This document shows positions 59,088 through 64,000 of a stretch of 64,000 nt of DNA, one piece after another. The stretch spans positions 3,548-67,547 of the forward strand of contig JBAXLB010000003.1 in NCBI GenBank assembly GCA_037135035.1, given 5' to 3'. Each line of letters begins with the position of its first letter. The stretch's first letter is position 1. Under the pieces are notes generated by a model. That model was not told the origin of the DNA. It saw only the letters and a program-made list of their open reading frames with translations, and did not search any database. The DNA comes from Candidatus Adlerbacteria bacterium. GTDB lineage: Bacteria > Patescibacteriota > Minisyncoccia > Phycocordibacterales > SBAW01. Position numbers and translations under genes: made by a program.

Positions 59088-59564
59088 ATGTTTTTTGGCA
59101 AAAAATGGTATATTCATTTTGTGAACTTACTGGAACACAAAAAGGCGCGGATGAACTACGACCTGCTTGAAGAATTTGAGGCAGGGTTAGAATTGCTGGG
59201 CCACGAAGTTAAAAGTATCCGCGCAAAACACGGCAAGCTTGAAGGTGCCCATATAGTAGTGCGGGCGGGCGAAGCGTACATTGTCGGCATGAGTGTGCCG
59301 CCCTTCCAGGTAGCAAACACCCCTGCAGACTACGACCCCGAACGCAGCCGCAAACTGCTGTTAACCAAAAAAGAGCTAGGAATATTGGCCGAATTTGAGA
59401 GCCAGAAAGGCTTGACATTGGTGCCACTTTCGGTGTATAATAAAGGGTCTAAGTTGAAGGTAAAAATTGCGGTCGCACGCGGCCGTAAGAAGTACGACAA
59501 ACGCGCCGTCTTAAAAGAAAGAGACACCGCCCGCGACATCCGAAGAACTTTGAAAAACGCCTAG
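59088..59564 (+). CDS. smpB: SsrA-binding protein SmpB
   Basis: EAGLELLGHEVKSIRAKHGKLEGAHIV core, basic C-terminal tail. Confidence 0.85.
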   Translation: MFFGKKWYIHFVNLLEHKKARMNYDLLEEFEAGLELLGHEVKSIRAKHGKLEGAHIVVRAGEAYIVGMSVPPFQVANTPADYDPERSRKLLLTKKELGILAEFESQKGLTLVPLSVYNKGSKLKVKIAVARGRKKYDKRAVLKERDTARDIRRTLKNA

Positions 59565-59603
59565 GCTACCCCGAAGAGCGCGTGGAGAAATCGTGCGCTG
59601 CTC

Positions 59604-59980
59604 GGGAGTGAAAGGCCTAGACAATACACATACGTATCTGCATGCAAAGGAGAAGTCCAGACCTTCTTAAAAATCTGGAAAACCTAACTGCAAAAACAGT
59701 TGCTTCGCCGTATTTTTCGGCGAACGATTTCGCCTTCGCTTACGCCAAGGCCTAATCGCATTCACTCTTCCCTACTCTGCGGGTTGAGACCGGGTGTTAT
59801 ATAGCAGAGTTATTACTTCAGGAACCATTCTGGCCTGAAGATGAAACTAAAGAGTTGCAGGGTGTCATGATTTCGTCCGCTTCGCCCATGCCACGCTAAA
59901 GAAACAAAAAGCGAACTAGCTTTTGTAGAATTGCTTATACGACTGTATTGCACGAGGGTTCGAATCCCTCCACTTCCACC
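59604..59980 (+). ncRNA. ssrA: tmRNA (SsrA), 377 nt
   Basis: acceptor GGGAGTG/CACTTCC with a G3-U70 pair, T-arm GAGGGTTCGAATCCCTC, putative tag ORF ...GCGAACGATTTCGCCTTCGCTTACGCCAAGGCCTAA (ANDFAFAYAKA*); directly downstream of smpB. Confidence 0.85.
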
Positions 59981-59992
59981 TGTAAAAACATT

Positions 59993-60020
59993 AGCGCCCG
60001 CATTGGGCGTTTTTTGTTTT
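59993..60020. terminator. rho-independent terminator after ssrA
   Basis: cgcccgcattgggcg + T-run. Confidence 0.65.
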
Positions 60021-60379
60021 TATTTCTCTTCTTCTTTTATCTCAACCACATGCACATGGTAGTGCTGCGGAATGGATTTCGTTGAGTGTGTTGCCTCCAT
60101 AATGTACCGATAGTGGGAGTTAATGTACGACTTTTTTATTTCCTCAAACTCCGTCTTTTCTTCTTCGTTAAGTTCGGCAGTATGGCGGATAGGTATTAAC
60201 ATGTCGCACGGTTCAAACACTTTGTCGTATGGGAAACGGTTAGGCACAAGCTTCCAGTGCGTAAAAGTCATCGTGACATCCTCTTCACACAGTCTGCACA
60301 CCTCCTGCATCACACCGCTGTCTTTCATTGCTTGGTATGCAGCTTCAGTTTCTGGCTTGCGCAGTGTTCGTACTTTCAT
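60020..60379 (-). CDS. HIT (histidine triad) family protein
   Basis: QHYHVHVV histidine-triad motif near the C-terminus. Confidence 0.55.
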   Translation of the reverse strand: MKVRTLRKPETEAAYQAMKDSGVMQEVCRLCEEDVTMTFTHWKLVPNRFPYDKVFEPCDMLIPIRHTAELNEEEKTEFEEIKKSYINSHYRYIMEATHSTKSIPQHYHVHVVEIKEEEK

Positions 60380-60521
60380 GGCAATTACAATACCACGTAT
60401 ATAAAAAATTGTATGAGTTTTTGATGAAGTTTTTTTGTGCGCGCTGGTAATGAAGCTATCACGTCCACGTCATCTTACGTGTGCGTAGAAAATATTATCA
60501 ATTAGTATTAATGAAAAAATT

Positions 60522-61184
60522 ATGAAGAATAGCAAATTTATTTCTGCAGCCGTTCTTGGCGCATCTCTCCTTGCGTTCGCGGCCCCTGCACTCGCCGCAA
60601 CCATTTCCACACAGATGGACATTGGCACAACCGGTTCGGACGTGACAACGCTCCAGCAAACATTTGCAGGTGATGCGTCGCTCTACCCAGAAGGTCTTGT
60701 AACAGGGTACTTCGGCTCACTTAGTTCAGCTGCAGTAAAACGTTTCCAGGCAAACAACGGCATCGTCTCGAGCGGTTCGGCAGCAACAACCGGATATGGC
60801 CGCGTCGGTCCTGCAACAATAGCTAAATTCAACGCAGTGTACGGTTCAGGCACCGGCACAGGACTTGATGACATGGCCCCGGTTCTTTCCACGGTAACTG
60901 TGGCACCTACAACAGGGGGCACATCATTGTTGTGGAACAGCAATGAACCGGTAACAAGCACTGTGTATTACAGCACCTCTCCACTTACCTTGCATGAAGT
61001 AAACGCAGGGGCACCTGGCGTCACTGGTACAAACGTATTGAGCATGAGCACCGCATTAAACAGCTCTGGTTCGGTACAGCTTAGCGGCCTCTCAGCGCAC
61101 ACTACGTACAACTATGTAGTAGTAGCGACCGACGCTGCAGGCAACGTAAGCATCACCTGGCCCACTACCTTTACAACAAACTAA
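60522..61184 (+). CDS. secreted protein with peptidoglycan-binding domain and FN3/Ig-like domain
   Basis: signal peptide; PG_binding_1-like segment (DVTTLQQTFAGD...GYFGSLSSAAVKRFQANNG). Confidence 0.6.
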   Translation: MKNSKFISAAVLGASLLAFAAPALAATISTQMDIGTTGSDVTTLQQTFAGDASLYPEGLVTGYFGSLSSAAVKRFQANNGIVSSGSAATTGYGRVGPATIAKFNAVYGSGTGTGLDDMAPVLSTVTVAPTTGGTSLLWNSNEPVTSTVYYSTSPLTLHEVNAGAPGVTGTNVLSMSTALNSSGSVQLSGLSAHTTYNYVVVATDAAGNVSITWPTTFTTN

Positions 61185-61212
61185 TAGTTAGTAGTAGAGG
61201 AATAGAAAAACA

Positions 61213-61242
61213 AAAACCGCCGAGACTAGTCTCGGCGGTTTT
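61213..61242. terminator. bidirectional terminator
   Basis: aaaaccgccgagactagtctcggcggtttt. Confidence 0.65.
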
Positions 61243-62074
61243 TGTTTTGTGCGCGTACATCTATATGCAAGCCGTGTAAAATATTTGCCTGTACTTCAAG
61301 CGAGGCATGCATTCGGCCTGCAAAACTTTCTTCATCACTCTCTTCTTCATTGCCCTCAGAGTCAGTTGGGGTGGTGGTTGTTGCTACGGGGGGCATAGCT
61401 ACAAGAGATGCTTTTTTTGCTATTACTGCATTCATAGCCATCGTGTGCACTGTTGTTGGAGCTTCTTCCTCAACAGCCGGCGCAGCCTGGGGTGCTACAG
61501 CAATAACTGCTGTGGTTGTGGCCTGCAACACAGAGGCGCGGTTTTTCCCTTTTGTTTTTAGCGAATATGCGGCTACGTCAGAGTCTTTTGCAAGCGCAAG
61601 CGCCTCTGTCGCATGTCGTGTGTAATTGTCAGAAATCTCTTGCGCGACTTGTGGTGTTAATTCCCCCCGTTCCGCTAATGTTTGGGCTTCTTGCACACGC
61701 ACCGTAGCGATGTCAGCATTTACTTGTGCTTTTGCCGCAGGAGACTGTGCAAGCGCAACTTTAATAGGTTCTAGAACATTTGTTTTTACCGAGTAGAGCG
61801 TACCGCCAGGCAACGAGCCCTCTGCAGCATACGCACTACTTGTAGACACAATAAGCAACAGTGCGAGTGCGGAAAGTGCGAGAGAGCGCGGTAAAAATAT
61901 CCACGCATAGGGGCTTGGTATACGCACAGGCGCTGCAAAATCACCCGCAGGCTTAACAACAGGTGGCAAGACAGACATCGCCTCTTCTAGGCGCAGGCGC
62001 ATAGCACTTTTTTCTGCATCACTCAGGCGGATGCCAGCAGTTTCATTTTGTAAGTGGTTGTGTAATTTATTCAT
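61226..62074 (-). CDS. anti-sigma-factor-like membrane protein (DUF5667-like)
   Basis: 4-bp overlap with the upstream ECF sigma gene, single TM, Ala-rich extracytoplasmic domain. Confidence 0.5.
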   Translation of the reverse strand: MNKLHNHLQNETAGIRLSDAEKSAMRLRLEEAMSVLPPVVKPAGDFAAPVRIPSPYAWIFLPRSLALSALALLLIVSTSSAYAAEGSLPGGTLYSVKTNVLEPIKVALAQSPAAKAQVNADIATVRVQEAQTLAERGELTPQVAQEISDNYTRHATEALALAKDSDVAAYSLKTKGKNRASVLQATTTAVIAVAPQAAPAVEEEAPTTVHTMAMNAVIAKKASLVAMPPVATTTTPTDSEGNEEESDEESFAGRMHASLEVQANILHGLHIDVRAQNKNRRD

Positions 62075-62607
62075 GTGGGGTTTGCCTCGAGCAGTTCGCG
62101 CAACTTCTTTATCCCGCGGTGGATACGTACTGATATTGTATTTTCGCTCTCCTGCATCGATTCTGCAATCTCTTTTGGCGATAAGCCATCTATGTAGCGC
62201 ATCACGAGCACGGTGCGGTGCTGTTCACCAAGCTGTTTGAGCGCGCGGACTGCCGCAGCGCTTTCAAACCGGACCATAGCCTCTTCCATGATGTCGGTTT
62301 CGTCACGGAGCAGCTGACCTTCAACCGCTTGTTCGGTCGTCTCGTTTTCAAGCATAGCGTCTAAGGACTGGACTTTGCGCTTCCTATATTCGTCTATGAC
62401 GAGATTGTTCAAAATACGATATAGGAACGAACGATACTGCCGTATTTCTTCGCCGCCTTTTGACATATAGTTCCATGTCTTGAGAAAGGTTTCCTGGGTC
62501 AATTCGAGAGCGCGCTCACGGTCGGACAGGCGCATAACCGCATGCCGAAAGAGCTCGTCCGAATGCTTTTCGAATATCTCTGCAAATTGTTGTTTACTGT
62601 CTTCCAT
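62071..62607 (-). CDS. RNA polymerase sigma factor, ECF (sigma-70 region 2/4) family
   Basis: 178 aa; region 2 (FLKTWNYM) and region 4 HTH (LSPKEIAESMQESENTISVRIHRGIKKLR). Confidence 0.85.
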   Translation of the reverse strand: MEDSKQQFAEIFEKHSDELFRHAVMRLSDRERALELTQETFLKTWNYMSKGGEEIRQYRSFLYRILNNLVIDEYRKRKVQSLDAMLENETTEQAVEGQLLRDETDIMEEAMVRFESAAAVRALKQLGEQHRTVLVMRYIDGLSPKEIAESMQESENTISVRIHRGIKKLRELLEANPT

Positions 62608-62684
62608 ATATATAGACGCACCGGCGGCCGACCTCTTTCAATGTTTCATTGTAAACCCCATCGCTTTCTGAAGCGAATAGCCTT

Positions 62685-63242
62685 TTGCACTGCATTTTGC
62701 TATACTGTCCCTCAACAACTACTACTTTGGATACACGCATCAACCACCACATACGAGCAGCGGAAGTACGCGTTATAGGCCCCGAAGGCGAGAACTTTGG
62801 TGTATTAGCCCTTTCTGAAGCCATACGACGTGCCGAAGAGGTCGGTTTGGACCTTATAGAGATCTCAGCTGGGGCCGTCCCACCTGTTGCAAAAATCATG
62901 GAATATGGTAAATTCCAATACGAACAGGAGAAGAAACGCCGGGAAATGAAGGCGAAGTCGCACACCACAGAGACGAAGAGCGTCCAGGTGAAAATAGGGA
63001 CCGGCGAAAATGACCTGCAATTAAAGGCTAGAAGGGCCGCAGAGTGGCTAAAAGAAGGCCACCGGGTCAAAGTAGACCTCTTTTTGTGGGGCCGCTACAA
63101 GTATATGGAGTTCGCATTTTTGAAGGAACGGCTCGAGCGATTTTTAAAAATCATCCCCGAGGAGTACAAGATAAGCGACCCTATAACCAAAAGCCCTAAA
63201 GGCCTGACAACAGTAATCGAGAGAGCCGGCAAGAAAGCATAG
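62685..63242 (+). CDS. infC: translation initiation factor IF-3
   Basis: IRAAEVRVIGPEGENFGV N-domain, C-domain KVKVDLFLWGRYKYME; true start probably a non-ATG codon downstream of 62685. Confidence 0.85.
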   Translation: MHCILLYCPSTTTTLDTRINHHIRAAEVRVIGPEGENFGVLALSEAIRRAEEVGLDLIEISAGAVPPVAKIMEYGKFQYEQEKKRREMKAKSHTTETKSVQVKIGTGENDLQLKARRAAEWLKEGHRVKVDLFLWGRYKYMEFAFLKERLERFLKIIPEEYKISDPITKSPKGLTTVIERAGKKA

Positions 63243-63257
63243 ATTAGAGAAATTTCC

Positions 63258-63458
63258 ATGAAAACAAACAAAGCATTTACTAAGCGCATTAAAATTACCA
63301 AAAACGGTAAGCTTATTGCGCGCAAACCGGGCCAAAACCACTTTAATGCAAAGGAGGGCCGTTCGACCCAGATGGACGGCAACCGCTCACAGCAGTTGAC
63401 CGTAAGCCCAAAGGTATCGCAGATGTATGTCGGTACTGCGTCTAAGAATAAGAATTAA
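63258..63458 (+). CDS. rpmI: 50S ribosomal protein L35
   Basis: 66 aa, basic; MKTNKAFTKRIKITKNGK. Confidence 0.8.
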   Translation: MKTNKAFTKRIKITKNGKLIARKPGQNHFNAKEGRSTQMDGNRSQQLTVSPKVSQMYVGTASKNKN

Positions 63459-63468
63459 TTAAACCACT

Positions 63469-63819
63469 ATGTCACGCGTAAAAGGAGGAGTAAATTCATT
63501 GAAGCGCCGCAAGAATATGCTTGCGATGACCAAAGGCTACCGCTTTGGCCGCTCAACCAAAAAGAAACAGGCTCGCGAAGCCATTTTCCACGCAGGTAAG
63601 TATGCGTTTGCCCACCGCCGTGACAAAAAGAACGACTACCGCAAACTCTGGAACGTGCGCATCAACGCAGGGCTGGACCAGATTGACGAAAAGTTTTCAT
63701 ACAGCAAATTTATCGGCGCACTCAAGAAGGCGGAGATTGCGATAAACCGCAAAATGCTTTCATTGCTTGCAGAACAGTCTCCCGAAACGTTCGCAAAGAT
63801 AGTCGCCAAAGTAAAATAA
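63469..63819 (+). CDS. rplT: 50S ribosomal protein L20
   Basis: 116 aa; RVKGGVNSLKRRKNML...GYRFGRS. Confidence 0.9.
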   Translation: MSRVKGGVNSLKRRKNMLAMTKGYRFGRSTKKKQAREAIFHAGKYAFAHRRDKKNDYRKLWNVRINAGLDQIDEKFSYSKFIGALKKAEIAINRKMLSLLAEQSPETFAKIVAKVK

Positions 63820-63835
63820 TAAAATCTCTACATAA

Positions 63836-63863
63836 AAACCCCTCCAGTTTGGAGGGGTTTTTA
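63836..63863 (+). terminator. rho-independent terminator after rplT
   Basis: aaaacccctccagtttggaggggttttt. Confidence 0.7.
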
Positions 63864-64000
63864 TGTTCTAACGTTTTACTTACTTTATTCTAATGCCACC
63901 GTTGATGATAAACCCTTCTGATGGCTTTTGTGGTGCAGGTGCCTGTAGAGCTTTTGGTACGTTATTTTGTTTTATCCAGTCAAAGCTCCAAAAAGCAGCC

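Overview
The window reads as a compact, gene-dense bacterial chromosome segment with a Patescibacteria/CPR-like flavour: many small proteins, DUF5652-type membrane proteins, type IV pili, a sortase, and little biosynthesis. Standard genetic code (RF2 is present). GC is about 50%, and most genes are on the minus strand.

Housekeeping genes present: pyrG, ftsEX, prfB, gatCA, ligA, recG, ftsH, smpB with ssrA (tmRNA), infC-rpmI-rplT, lysC, malic enzyme, a DEAD-box helicase, lexA, cspA and msrB. There is a complete type IV pilus cluster (pilM/N/O, pilB, pilT, pilC, pilD and several pilins) next to comFC. Other content includes a sortase with an adjacent LPNTG substrate, an RND efflux pair, eight tRNAs and the tmRNA.

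Most unusual feature: a small CRISPR-Cas module sits between ftsE and ftsX, in the same orientation as both. It consists of (i) a 417-aa TnpB/Cas12f-like protein whose RuvC-I Asp is replaced by Ala and which terminates before the zinc finger and RuvC-III, so it is predicted nuclease-dead; (ii) a 246-aa 'mini' Cas1 lacking the N-terminal beta-sandwich domain, with no cas2; and (iii) a CRISPR array of four 40-nt repeats plus a degenerate terminal repeat, with 31-33-nt spacers. This resembles Cas12k and TldR-type RNA-guided binders rather than a canonical nuclease effector, and may be undescribed.

Other notable items:
- A tRNA-Thr whose anticodon loop is interrupted by a 185-nt group I-like intron, with a free-standing LAGLIDADG endonuclease gene directly upstream.
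- Tandem small GIY-YIG nuclease genes next to tRNA-Gln, flanked by 48-49-nt direct repeats that copy the tRNA 5' end with a hairpin insertion.
- A conserved three-hairpin RNA-like element present twice (downstream of tRNA-Met and tRNA-Ile) that shows compensatory substitutions between copies.
- Two genes with strongly GC3-rich codon usage (a 99-aa ORF and a DHOD-like gene), suggesting horizontal transfer.
- A tRNA-Ile with a UAU anticodon.
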